A stretch of DNA of 56,583 nt from Nanobdellota archaeon (lineage in GTDB: Archaea; Nanobdellota; Nanobdellia; SCGC-AAA011-G17; JAFCDX01). Position 1 is the first letter of the stretch. Each line of letters starts with the position of its first letter. A model generated the notes under the pieces. That model did not search any database. It was not told the DNA's origin and saw nothing but the letters and a program-made list of their open reading frames with translations. Below, in pieces: positions 9,969-19,484 of this stretch. The stretch spans positions 1 to 56,583 of the forward strand of contig JBFMDT010000001.1 of the NCBI GenBank assembly GCA_040753775.1, given 5' to 3'. The position numbers and the translations under genes were made by a program.

Positions 9969-10168
9969 AAGTAACCAAAAAAACCAACATAAACAAATTA
10001 ATTGAAAAATACCCAAAAGCAGCCCGAATTATGTTTAAGCATGGCCTGCATTGCGTAGGCTGCTATGTTGCTGCTTTTGAGACAATAGAGCAGGGTGCAA
10101 GGGCTCACGGTATGGATAAAAAAACAGTTGGTAAGATGCTGAGGGAGCTGAATAGGACTGTAAAATGA
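9965..10168 (+). CDS. DUF1858 / hybrid-cluster-associated redox disulfide domain protein
   Basis: GLHCVGC..A.FETIEQGARAHG. Confidence 0.85.
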   Translation: MKVTKKTNINKLIEKYPKAARIMFKHGLHCVGCYVAAFETIEQGARAHGMDKKTVGKMLRELNRTVK

Positions 10169-11349
10169 GCATCTATCTTGATTATGCTGCAGCAACTTAT
10201 GTAAGGCCTGAAGTAAAGAGGGCTATGGACAAATATTTTTCAAAGGAGTTTGGAAACCCAAGCAGCTTCAACACAATTGGCTTAAATGCAAAAAATGCTG
10301 TTGAATCGTCAAGGGAGAAAATTGCAAAGGTAGCGGGTTGTTCTCCAAAAGAGGCTATATTCACTGGAAGCGGAACTGAAAGTATAAACCTTGCCATTAA
10401 GGGTGTTGCATTTGCCATGAAAAACAAAGGTAAGCACATAATAACAAGCAAGGTCGAGCATCATGCTGTCTTGAATACATGCAAGTACCTTGAAGAAAAA
10501 GGGTTTAATATAACTTATCTTGATGTTGATAAATATGGCATGGTTAATTCTAAAGATGTTGAAAAGGCCATAAAAAAAGATACAATCTTAATAACAATAA
10601 TATATGCAAATAATGAAATTGGGACAATAAACCCGATAAGCGAAATAAGTAGAGTAGCAAGAAAGCATAATATTCTTTTTCATACAGATGCTTGCCAGGC
10701 AACAGGCTTTCTTGACATAAATGTAAATAGGCTTAATGTAGATTTGATGACAATAAATTCAGGAAAAATATATGGACCTAAAGGCATAGGCTTGCTTTAC
10801 ATAAGAAAAGGAACTATAATAGAACCTTTAATTCATGGTGGTGGCCAGGAGTTTGGCTTAAGGTCAGGCACTGAAAATGTTCCTTATATTGTTGGGTTTG
10901 CAAAGGCCTTAGAACTTGCTGATAAAGAAAAAAATAAAGAATCAAAAAGATTGCAAAGGCTTAGGGATAAGTTAATAGAAAAACTGTTGAAAATCCCGAA
11001 AACTATATTGAATGGACATCCCCAAAAAAGATTGCCTAACAATGTAAATGTAACCTTCCTTGACATAGAAGGAGAGGCTTTATTGCTTTTGCTTAATGAA
11101 CATGGCATTTATGCAGCAACAGGAAGTGCGTGTGCTTCTGAAAAACTTGAGCCAAGCCATGTTATTCTAGCTATTGGCTTGCCTTATGAAGCTGCGCATG
11201 GAAGCATAAGATTCAGCCTTGGGAAAAAGACAACAAAGGAGGACATAAATAAGGTTGCCGATGTTCTTCCGAAATTAGTTGAGAACTTAAGATGCATTTC
11301 TCCTGTTAATGTAAAAATGAGCACAATAAGGAAGTTGATGAAAAGATGA
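10165..11349 (+). CDS. iscS: Cysteine desulfurase (IscS/NifS, group I)
   Basis: YLDYAA, SGKIYGPKG PLP lysine, GSAC catalytic Cys. Confidence 0.95.
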   Translation: MSIYLDYAAATYVRPEVKRAMDKYFSKEFGNPSSFNTIGLNAKNAVESSREKIAKVAGCSPKEAIFTGSGTESINLAIKGVAFAMKNKGKHIITSKVEHHAVLNTCKYLEEKGFNITYLDVDKYGMVNSKDVEKAIKKDTILITIIYANNEIGTINPISEISRVARKHNILFHTDACQATGFLDINVNRLNVDLMTINSGKIYGPKGIGLLYIRKGTIIEPLIHGGGQEFGLRSGTENVPYIVGFAKALELADKEKNKESKRLQRLRDKLIEKLLKIPKTILNGHPQKRLPNNVNVTFLDIEGEALLLLLNEHGIYAATGSACASEKLEPSHVILAIGLPYEAAHGSIRFSLGKKTTKEDINKVADVLPKLVENLRCISPVNVKMSTIRKLMKR

Positions 11350-11978
11350 AAAAATATGATATTAAATCAGGAGCAAAAGGATGGTTTTATTCAAGAACAG
11401 TAAAGGAGCATTTTTTACATCCTAGAAACTTTTTGACCAAAGACAAAGAAAAGAAGTACAAGGCTGATGGTATTGGTTATATCGGAAGTGTGGCGTGTGG
11501 AGATGTCATGCAGGTTTGGATAAAAGTAGACAGGAAAAAGGATGTTATTAAGAATATGAAATGGAGAACTTATGGTTGTGGGAGTGCAATTTCATCTACA
11601 TCAATGCTTTCAATTATGGTCAAAGGCATGAAAATAAACAAGGCGCTTAAAATAAAGCCTCAGGATATAATAAAAAAGCTTGGTGGACTGCCTGCCAGAA
11701 AATATCATTGCTCTGTTCTTGGAGACAAAGCACTAAGAGATGCGATAAATGATTATTTCAGAAGAACAAAGCAATTTAACAGAATAATTGCAGAAGGAGC
11801 CAGAATTATTGATCCAACAACGAAAACAACAGACAAAGACATAGAAAAGGCTGTGAAAGAAGGAGCAGTTACTTTGCAGGATGTCCAGAAAAGATTGAAA
11901 GTAGGGATAGGCAATTTAAAAGTGATTCCTGAAGTAGAGCAGTTAATAAGGTTTTATAAAAGAAAGTACTCTAAGTAA
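11346..11978 (+). CDS. iscU: Fe-S scaffold IscU/NifU-N fused to a degenerate BFD-like domain
   Basis: ACGD, GCGSAI and KYHCS scaffold cysteines; C-terminal BFD-like segment has no Cys. Confidence 0.9.
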   Translation: MKKYDIKSGAKGWFYSRTVKEHFLHPRNFLTKDKEKKYKADGIGYIGSVACGDVMQVWIKVDRKKDVIKNMKWRTYGCGSAISSTSMLSIMVKGMKINKALKIKPQDIIKKLGGLPARKYHCSVLGDKALRDAINDYFRRTKQFNRIIAEGARIIDPTTKTTDKDIEKAVKEGAVTLQDVQKRLKVGIGNLKVIPEVEQLIRFYKRKYSK

Positions 11979-12873
11979 CCTTAATTTTTCTTTTTAATTC
12001 GCAGACTTTGCAAATTTCAGATGATGTTGGCTCCTTACAGAGTTTGCATGAGCCAATGTTTTCTTTATACTTTTCTTTCAGCAATAGCAAGATCTCTAAA
12101 AAAGAATTAACTATTGAATACTTTGTTCCAGGGTGCTTGCTCTCAAAATCGTTCAACAAATTTCTGACATGAGCCCTGAACGTGCTTAGGGAATATGGGC
12201 ATTCGCTGAATTTTATGGGATACTTCTTAAGCAGGGCATACAGGGCTGTTTCTTTCTCTGTCAAAAAATACAAAGGCTTTATTCTTGGAACAAATCTTTT
12301 GTCTCTTATTATACCAGTTATTGGTCCTAGCCTTGCTGAAGTTTCAAGATTGTCCCTGAAGTAATTCATAACGATGCTCTGCGCTTCATCATCCAAATTA
12401 TGACCTGTTGCAAGTTTATCAGCCTTAAGCTTCCTTGCATACTTGTTTAATATATACCTCCTGAATACTCCACAAACAGAACACGGCATGAACTTGAACT
12501 TCTTAATAAGCTTGTCCAACGTATACCCAAACTCGTCCTTGAAGCTTACTATGCTTAATTTTATCTTATTTTCCTTGCAGTATTTCTTTAAATTTTTTAA
12601 GTTTCTATAACCTTTAATCCCCTCGTCTATGGCCAATGCACTCACTTTAAAGTACCTTCTTTCTCTACTTAATTTATGCAAGATATTCAATGCAATCATA
12701 GAATCCTTTCCAGAACTTACACCAACAATAATATTGTCATTTTTTCCTATCAAATTGTATTTAGAAATTGTTTTTATAACCTTTTTTTCAAAATACTTAA
12801 TAAAACAGCTCTTGCACAGCCTTCTTCCGCTTATCAGTTCAATTACAGGCTTTGTCTTGCAAAACTTACACAT
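11971..12873 (-). CDS. ttuA: tRNA 2-thiolation protein (TtuA/Ncs6 family)
   Basis: N- and C-terminal Zn fingers, PP-loop SSGKDS, CSVCGVFRR, GHNLDD, CPY. Confidence 0.92.
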   Translation of the reverse strand: MCKFCKTKPVIELISGRRLCKSCFIKYFEKKVIKTISKYNLIGKNDNIIVGVSSGKDSMIALNILHKLSRERRYFKVSALAIDEGIKGYRNLKNLKKYCKENKIKLSIVSFKDEFGYTLDKLIKKFKFMPCSVCGVFRRYILNKYARKLKADKLATGHNLDDEAQSIVMNYFRDNLETSARLGPITGIIRDKRFVPRIKPLYFLTEKETALYALLKKYPIKFSECPYSLSTFRAHVRNLLNDFESKHPGTKYSIVNSFLEILLLLKEKYKENIGSCKLCKEPTSSEICKVCELKRKIKVT

Positions 12874-12874
12874 G

Positions 12875-13066
12875 TCAACCACCAGATATAACAGAATGGA
12901 CAGTTATTTTATCATTTCTATTTAATTTTTTGTCCTCTGTAACAATCTCACCATTAATGCTTACTAGCACAGTAGTTGGGTTTAGGTTTAGTTTCTCCAA
13001 AAGTTCTCTGATACTTCTTGCATTTGCATTAACACTTTTATTTGTTCTTTCAATATAAACCTTCAT
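12875..13066 (-). CDS. Ubiquitin-like sulfur carrier (ThiS/MoaD/SAMP family)
   Basis: 63 aa ending VISGG. Confidence 0.93.
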   Translation of the reverse strand: MKVYIERTNKSVNANARSIRELLEKLNLNPTTVLVSINGEIVTEDKKLNRNDKITVHSVISGG

Positions 13067-14013
13067 TTTAAATACCTGTCAAAAATACTCCTGGCTTCTT
13101 CTTTGCTGTTGGCCTTTACAAGTACCCTGTCATTAAAAGCAATAACGTTCTCAAAACTAACATGATAGGCTGACTTAACCACCCTACCAAGCCTAGTGAA
13201 TCTTTTTTCAAGCTCATTCAGGTTATTTCTGCATTTTATTTGGTAAGTATTTGTCCCGCAGTACTTAACAAGTTCGCTTCTTTTTTCTCCAGTTAGGTAT
13301 TCAAATTTCTTGTTGCACACAGGACAATCCTTCTGCCTGTTTACTTTGTTCTTAACCAGCTTGTTAGTCCATATGTCGTAATGAATAAGCTCTTTGCTAT
13401 AGGGTTGTTTTGTGAGGAGCTTTATTGCTTCTGTAGCCTGCATTGCTGAAATAACATTTGGAATAGTGTTTAAAATCCCTTCCGTATCACATGTTCCAAG
13501 CAGGGCTGTCGGCTCATTAAAAACACATCTAAAGCAGGCAGTTTTTCCAGGGACTATGTTCATAACCATTCCGCTGCTTCCAATAACAGCAGAGTATATC
13601 CATGGAATCCTTTTTTTTGCAGCATACTCATTAATCAAAAATCTTGTTTCGAAATTATCAGTGCAGTCCAGAAGTATATTGCCTTTGGCTAAACTGCTTA
13701 TGTTTTCGTAATCTAGATCATCAACATAAGCCTCTATGTTAATATCTTTATTTATGCTGCTAAGCCTCTCTTTAGCAACAATCGCCTTTGATTTGTTTAT
13801 ATCATGCTCTGTGAACAGTTTCTGCCTTTGCAGGTTATTCAGTTCAACAATATCCCGGTCTATTAACACTAAATTAACCCCGGCCCTTGCTAACAACTCT
13901 GCAGAAATGCTCCCTATGGCTCCAACACCAACAACAACTGCTGTGCTTTGCTCTAGTAACCTTTGTTTGCTTTCCCCAAGCTTCTCAAATATTATCTGCC
14001 TTAAGTATCTCAT
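13063..14013 (-). CDS. ThiF/MoeB/E1-like adenylyltransferase
   Basis: GVGAIG, DRD.VEL.NLQRQ, DCTDN, CFRC and CPVC zinc motifs. Confidence 0.93.
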   Translation of the reverse strand: MRYLRQIIFEKLGESKQRLLEQSTAVVVGVGAIGSISAELLARAGVNLVLIDRDIVELNNLQRQKLFTEHDINKSKAIVAKERLSSINKDINIEAYVDDLDYENISSLAKGNILLDCTDNFETRFLINEYAAKKRIPWIYSAVIGSSGMVMNIVPGKTACFRCVFNEPTALLGTCDTEGILNTIPNVISAMQATEAIKLLTKQPYSKELIHYDIWTNKLVKNKVNRQKDCPVCNKKFEYLTGEKRSELVKYCGTNTYQIKCRNNLNELEKRFTRLGRVVKSAYHVSFENVIAFNDRVLVKANSKEEARSIFDRYLK

Positions 14014-14097
14014 TTCATCTCCTAAACTATTTTACGAAAGATTTTTAAAAGGCATGTTTTAGAAAGAAATATAAATTTTTAAATCTATGCTTTGCAA

Positions 14098-15981
14098 ATG
14101 AATATACAAAAAATAATTAAAAGAGTAGAAAAGTATGATAAAAAGGCAGATTTAGCACTTATTAAAAGGGCTTATGAATTTGCCAAAGAAGTTCACAAAG
14201 GCCAGAAAAGGATCTCCAATGAGTCGTATATACAGCACCCCTTGAATGTTGCGATGATTCTTGCCAACTTAAAGCTTGATGACAAAACAATTGCTGTAGC
14301 CCTTCTTCATGATGTAATAGAAATGTCTAATCTGACAATTGATAGGATAAGAAAGGAGTTTGGGGGTGAAATAGCACTAATTGTGGATGGGGTAACAAAT
14401 ACAGAAAAAATAACATCCAATTATAGGGCTGAAAATATTAAGAAATTCCTTGTTGCTACAATAAAGGACATTCGTGTAATATTTGTAAAACTAGCTGATA
14501 GACTCCACAACATGCGCACCTTAAAATACTTAAGCAAAAGCAACCAGGAAAAGATAGCAAAAGAGGTTCTTGAAGTGTATGTTCCGTTGGCTTATCGCTT
14601 GGGGATGTGGAGCATAAAAAATGAGCTTGAGGACCTTGCACTAAAATACCTTGATCCAAAGGAGTTCAATAAATTAAAAAGGAGAATAAATGAAATAGCA
14701 AAAGATGGGAAGAAAATTATAAAGCTTAGCAAGAACATGCTTAAAAGGGAGTTAAGAAAAAATAAGATTAAAGCAGTGATTTACAGCAGAATAAAACACC
14801 CTTACAGCATATACAATAAAACAATCAGGAAAAATAATAGGCTTGAGGAGATTTATGACATCTTAGGCTTAAGGGTAATTACAAACAGCATAGAAAATTG
14901 TTACATAATTCTTGGATTAATACACAACTTATGGAAGGCTATACCGGGGACTCTAAGAGATTATATATCAACACCAAAATCCAACATGTATCAGTCCTTG
15001 CATACAACCGTAATTGGACCAGCCAACAAACCAGTAGAATTCCAGGTAAGGACAAAAGAAATGCATGAAACAGCAGAGGAGGGGGTAGCAGCTCATTGGG
15101 CGTACAAGGGAGTAACGAGCACCGAGGATTTTGATAAAAAGCTCTCCTGGATAAAACAAATACTTGAATGGAAACGCGATTCAAAAGACGACATCAAGCT
15201 TGAGTTATTCGAGGATGAGATATTTATCTTTACGCCGAAGAAGGATGTAATTGAACTGCCAAGCGGCTCATCTGTAATTGATTTTGCATACGCTGTTCAT
15301 ACCAGCGTTGGGGATAAGGCTGTTGGTGCTGAAATAAACAATAGATTCATGCCCCTAAAAACAGAGCTGAAGAACGGGGACATAGTAAGGATAATAACAT
15401 CTAAAAATAAAACTCCATCAAGGGAATGGCTTAAGTTTGTAAAAACGCAGAAGGCAAAAGAGAAAATAAAAAAGGCAATAAAATTAAAGCAGAATATACC
15501 AATCAAGAGCATATCAAAAATAGAGGAAAAAAGGCAGGAGTACAAGAACCTTATAAGCTCCTCCATTAGTATAAAGAACCTTGAAATAAAAATATCTGGG
15601 TGCTGCAAACCCCTTCCAAACGATAAGATAATTGGGATAAAAAGGGGCAATAAATTGATGGTGCATAAGCAAAATTGCGAGTTCATAAAAGACAACAGCA
15701 ACAGGATAAGCATAAGCTGGGTTCAAAATGTGCCTTCCCTAGTGGAGTTAAGCATAGAGGCTATAGAAAGGCCCGGGATAATCAAGGAAATTTTGAATAT
15801 CATAACCTCAGAAAAGATGAATGTTAAAACAACAAAAGCGAAGCCCATCGGTAAGGAGCTTATAAAATGCACACTTATCCTGGAATTAAGCAGCTTGGAA
15901 AAAATAACAAAATTAATTGAAAAGCTAAAAAAGATAAATAAGGCTAGAGATGTTTACATAGCAGAAGCAAAAGCATTATAA
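14098..15981 (+). CDS. rel: Long RelA/SpoT homologue (HD-SYNTH-TGS-ZFD-ACT)
   Basis: LHDV, KLADRLHNMRT, RIKHPYSIY, YQSLHTTV, EFQVRT, AAHWAYK, DFAYAVHT, CCKP...H..NC, C-terminal ACT. Confidence 0.95.
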   Translation: MNIQKIIKRVEKYDKKADLALIKRAYEFAKEVHKGQKRISNESYIQHPLNVAMILANLKLDDKTIAVALLHDVIEMSNLTIDRIRKEFGGEIALIVDGVTNTEKITSNYRAENIKKFLVATIKDIRVIFVKLADRLHNMRTLKYLSKSNQEKIAKEVLEVYVPLAYRLGMWSIKNELEDLALKYLDPKEFNKLKRRINEIAKDGKKIIKLSKNMLKRELRKNKIKAVIYSRIKHPYSIYNKTIRKNNRLEEIYDILGLRVITNSIENCYIILGLIHNLWKAIPGTLRDYISTPKSNMYQSLHTTVIGPANKPVEFQVRTKEMHETAEEGVAAHWAYKGVTSTEDFDKKLSWIKQILEWKRDSKDDIKLELFEDEIFIFTPKKDVIELPSGSSVIDFAYAVHTSVGDKAVGAEINNRFMPLKTELKNGDIVRIITSKNKTPSREWLKFVKTQKAKEKIKKAIKLKQNIPIKSISKIEEKRQEYKNLISSSISIKNLEIKISGCCKPLPNDKIIGIKRGNKLMVHKQNCEFIKDNSNRISISWVQNVPSLVELSIEAIERPGIIKEILNIITSEKMNVKTTKAKPIGKELIKCTLILELSSLEKITKLIEKLKKINKARDVYIAEAKAL

Positions 15982-16003
15982 ATAATTAAAATAACCTCTT
16001 CAT

Positions 16004-16627
16004 ATGTTTGACAGATTCAGCCTGCTTAAAAAGACGCTGCAAAGAAATGGATATGACACCCCTATGCTTAAGAATGATGAAGCAACATTGAATGAAGTAG
16101 AAAGCAGCTTAAAAAACAAGGGCATAAAAATACCGAAGGCAATAATAAACCCAAATATAACAAAGGCCCAGCTTTTAAATTTACTAAAAATATTTCTCTA
16201 TACCTTTTCTGTTGTGTTGTTTATTTTGATATTTATGTACATAATAAGCACAGCAGTTGAATTGACAGTGTTGAAGGAGGTGCTGCTCCTGGTTGGGATT
16301 AATCTGGACAATATCCTTTCTGCTGCAATAAAAATATTTGTGATATTGTTCTTGGTTAGTATTGTAATTGGTGCAATGATGGTTTATGTTAATCTGTACA
16401 AAAAGACAATATATTTTTACAACAATGAGATTGAGTATTATGAAAAGGGAAACTATCAGGCAATACCCTACAAGGATGTTGTTTCTGTCAATTACTCAAA
16501 AAATTTCTTTAAGGGTGATTCTCTGATACTAAAGCTTACTGGCGGGGAGCAGAAGATAGAGGTGAACTTTGTCGATGATGTAGAAGAGAAATGTAGGAGG
16601 CTTAATGAAATTGTGAAGTCAAGCTAA
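16004..16627 (+). CDS. Membrane protein with C-terminal PH-like domain
   Basis: Two TM segments followed by a beta-rich IPYKDVVSV region. Confidence 0.65.
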   Translation: MFDRFSLLKKTLQRNGYDTPMLKNDEATLNEVESSLKNKGIKIPKAIINPNITKAQLLNLLKIFLYTFSVVLFILIFMYIISTAVELTVLKEVLLLVGINLDNILSAAIKIFVILFLVSIVIGAMMVYVNLYKKTIYFYNNEIEYYEKGNYQAIPYKDVVSVNYSKNFFKGDSLILKLTGGEQKIEVNFVDDVEEKCRRLNEIVKSS

Positions 16628-17134
16628 TGCCTTTATTATTTTTTCTCCAAATTCCTTAGCAAAACCTGGGTTTGGGGCTGTTATTATTCTTCCATCCTGA
16701 ACTACCTTTTCTCCAACATAATTTGCACCCTTGCTTTTTATATAATTTATTGCTGATTCATAACAGCTTGCTTTTCTTCCTGATAACAAACCTGCATTTG
16801 CTAATACCTTGCTGGCTAAGCATATTGCAGCAACTATTTTTCCCTTATAGGATGCTGCCTTTGCAACATTCAAGTAATCCCTATTTTCGTAAACCTTAGA
16901 CTCATCCACCCCAGAGCCGCCAACAAAAACAACAGCATTATAATCGCTTACATCAACCTCGCTTATGTCAATATCGACATCTGTTTTTGCTCCAAGCATG
17001 CCTTTAGCCCTTTCAACACCATCAGAAGCAACCTCAACCTCATACTTATTCTCTAGAAACAGCCTCTTCGGGACTAGCAGCTCTTCATCCCTGAAATTCT
17101 CCCTTGCTATAACCATTAATATCCTTTTATTCAT
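16619..17134 (-). CDS. DJ-1/PfpI family protein
   Basis: FRDEEL, FVGGSG, AAICLA nucleophile, DGRIITA. Confidence 0.92.
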   Translation of the reverse strand: MNKRILMVIARENFRDEELLVPKRLFLENKYEVEVASDGVERAKGMLGAKTDVDIDISEVDVSDYNAVVFVGGSGVDESKVYENRDYLNVAKAASYKGKIVAAICLASKVLANAGLLSGRKASCYESAINYIKSKGANYVGEKVVQDGRIITAPNPGFAKEFGEKIIKALA

Positions 17135-17168
17135 GATTTATATTATTTACTTTTTATTATAAATCTTT

Positions 17169-17564
17169 CTATGCTACTGTCACTACTATGCTTCTTTCCC
17201 TTGGACCATCAAATTCAACAAGCATAATCTGCTGCCATTTCCCCAACTGCAGCTTCTTGTCCTTTATGGGGATGCTGACAGAACAGCCCAAGATTGCAGA
17301 CTTGATATGCGCAGCTGCATTATTGTCAACTGCGTCATGCTTCCATTTCTTCTTGTCAAAAAGTTCAGAGAGGCCTGCCAAAATATCATCACATACATTT
17401 GAATCGTAATTTTCATTAATAATAATGGAAGAAGTGGTATGTTGCGTATAAATACTGCATATTCCCTTAGCAATATTAGATCCTTCTATTACCCTATTAA
17501 CTTCTTTTGTTATGTCTATCATTTCCTGTTTTTTCTCTGTTTTTATGCATATTATTTTCTGCAT
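17169..17564 (-). CDS. yjbQ: YjbQ/UPF0047 family protein
   Basis: HTTSSIIINEN, NAAAHIKS, LGKWQ...EFDGPR. Confidence 0.92.
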   Translation of the reverse strand: MQKIICIKTEKKQEMIDITKEVNRVIEGSNIAKGICSIYTQHTTSSIIINENYDSNVCDDILAGLSELFDKKKWKHDAVDNNAAAHIKSAILGCSVSIPIKDKKLQLGKWQQIMLVEFDGPRERSIVVTVA

Positions 17565-17614
17565 ACCCCAAGCTTACTGCTAATATTTAAATACTTTATT
17601 AACCTTAAATTGCT

Positions 17615-17884
17615 ATGGAAAAAATAAGAAGCAGGCTTGAAAAATACATAAAACTGACAGAAAAGGCGCTTAAAAAGGTAAACAAGAAAAAAATAAGAAG
17701 CAAGGGTGCAAAGAAATTAATAGAATTAGCAAATTGTTATTACCAAGATGCCCTGTACTTCAAGCAGAAAAAAGACTACTTGAATGCCTTTGCCGCAATA
17801 AACTATGCCCATGCCTTTCTTGATTCTGCAGCTATTCTTGGACTGATAAGAATTAAGGATAATAAGCTCTTAATGTCTGATTAA
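17615..17884 (+). CDS. DUF357 family protein
   Basis: Y..DALYF...DY.NAFAAINYAHAFLD. Confidence 0.88.
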   Translation: MEKIRSRLEKYIKLTEKALKKVNKKKIRSKGAKKLIELANCYYQDALYFKQKKDYLNAFAAINYAHAFLDSAAILGLIRIKDNKLLMSD

Positions 17885-17947
17885 TTTAACTACTTATTGA
17901 TAACAAAAATAGAAAGGTTTAAATATCCCTGCATCTATTTTTAAAAC

Positions 17948-18718
17948 ATGGCAGATTCAAAAACTATGATTAGGGGACTGGATTCAATAGAGATAGTTAT
18001 TGAAGATGAGCATAAAAATATCATACCAAAACAGATTACATACCCAACAAAATTGAGGTATTATGCAACAATATTTTCTTATGATTTGCCAAAAGAAAAG
18101 GTTGAGATATTGAACAGCAAACAGCCTGACAGAACAAGGGCCTTTGTCTCAAATGACAGCTATATTTTTAGCTGCATGCTAAGATTAGAACTTAAAAATA
18201 ATTACATAATCCCGGTAAGCTATTCTTTTGATCTTCTAAAAATACTTATGGAAAAAGAAGAAAAAAGAATGTCAACAAGAGGTAATATAATCGTGGGCAG
18301 GAACAGTGAAAATGCATTCAATGATATAGACATAGCTGGCGGGATTGAAAAATTTTTGGATGATTATGAAAGAGTGAAAGGCAAAACTAATGTTGACATT
18401 GGCGATATAAAAACATTTCTTTCTTATACATCAAGAAGGCAGGCAAATATATATGTTGAAAATGATAAATTTTATATCAAAAACCTAAGCAAGAATGGCA
18501 CAACAAGAATTAGGTTTCCAAAAATAGGTTTAAAGGAAATAGAAGTAGCAGATTGCAATGCTAAAACAAAGCTTATTGAAAATGGCGAATATCAGGCATG
18601 TGTTTCGTTTGGATTGCCAATAACAGATTTTAATGGAATAAAAGGGCATAGCTTAATAATGGTTATATCAAAAAATGAATTGATTTCAGGGATAAAAAGT
18701 ATAGAATACCTGAAGTAA
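17948..18718 (+). CDS. Putative FHA-domain protein
   Basis: IVGRN...SRRQA...NLSKNGT pattern. Confidence 0.65.
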   Translation: MADSKTMIRGLDSIEIVIEDEHKNIIPKQITYPTKLRYYATIFSYDLPKEKVEILNSKQPDRTRAFVSNDSYIFSCMLRLELKNNYIIPVSYSFDLLKILMEKEEKRMSTRGNIIVGRNSENAFNDIDIAGGIEKFLDDYERVKGKTNVDIGDIKTFLSYTSRRQANIYVENDKFYIKNLSKNGTTRIRFPKIGLKEIEVADCNAKTKLIENGEYQACVSFGLPITDFNGIKGHSLIMVISKNELISGIKSIEYLK

Positions 18719-18754
18719 GAAAAATTAATATACTACTTATTCTTTTTTATTGTA

Positions 18755-19438
18755 ATGAAAGTTGTTGTAATATCCCTCGGGGGTTCTTTGATAGTTCCTA
18801 ATGAGATAGACTATAGGTTTATTAAGAGTTTCAGAAAGTTAATTGTCAGACTAAGCAATAAAACTAAGTTTGTAATTGTGGTTGGCGGGGGGAAAACAGC
18901 AAGGAATTACATAAATGCATTTGCAAATGAAAATGTAAGCGAGAAAATAAAAAGCCTCATCGGGATTGCAGTTACGAGGCTTAACGCAAGGTTCATGGAG
19001 ATGTTTATTGGTAAATATAGTACACAACACCTTCCTACAACACTAAAAGAAATAAAAAATATGCTCAAAAAAGACAACATAATTTTTGCAGGTGCATTGA
19101 GGTATGTTCCAAACAACACATCAGACGGAACAGCTGCTCAGTTAGCTGCTTACCTGAAAACTGATTTTATTAATTTAACAAATGTAAACGGCCTGTACAC
19201 AAAAAATCCAGGAGAGTTTAAGGATGCCAAGTTCATTCCGAAGATAAGTTTTAATGAATTTTACAAAAAGGCTATGAAGATAAAGTATAGAGCAGGGCAG
19301 CATTTTGTTCTTGACCAAAATGCAGCAAGGATAATAAAAAAGCATAAGGTAAAAACAGCAATCCTCAACGGAGATAAGTTAAAAAATCTGGAAAATTACA
19401 TAAAAGGGAAAAGATTTGTTGGGACTGTTATTAGTTAG
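18755..19438 (+). CDS. pyrH: UMP kinase (archaeal type)
   Basis: SLGGS, VVGGGKTARNYI, TNVNGLYTKNP. Confidence 0.93.
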   Translation: MKVVVISLGGSLIVPNEIDYRFIKSFRKLIVRLSNKTKFVIVVGGGKTARNYINAFANENVSEKIKSLIGIAVTRLNARFMEMFIGKYSTQHLPTTLKEIKNMLKKDNIIFAGALRYVPNNTSDGTAAQLAAYLKTDFINLTNVNGLYTKNPGEFKDAKFIPKISFNEFYKKAMKIKYRAGQHFVLDQNAARIIKKHKVKTAILNGDKLKNLENYIKGKRFVGTVIS

Positions 19439-19484
19439 ACTTTTGGTTAACAAAATTTTTAAATAGTTATAGGGAAGATGTTTC

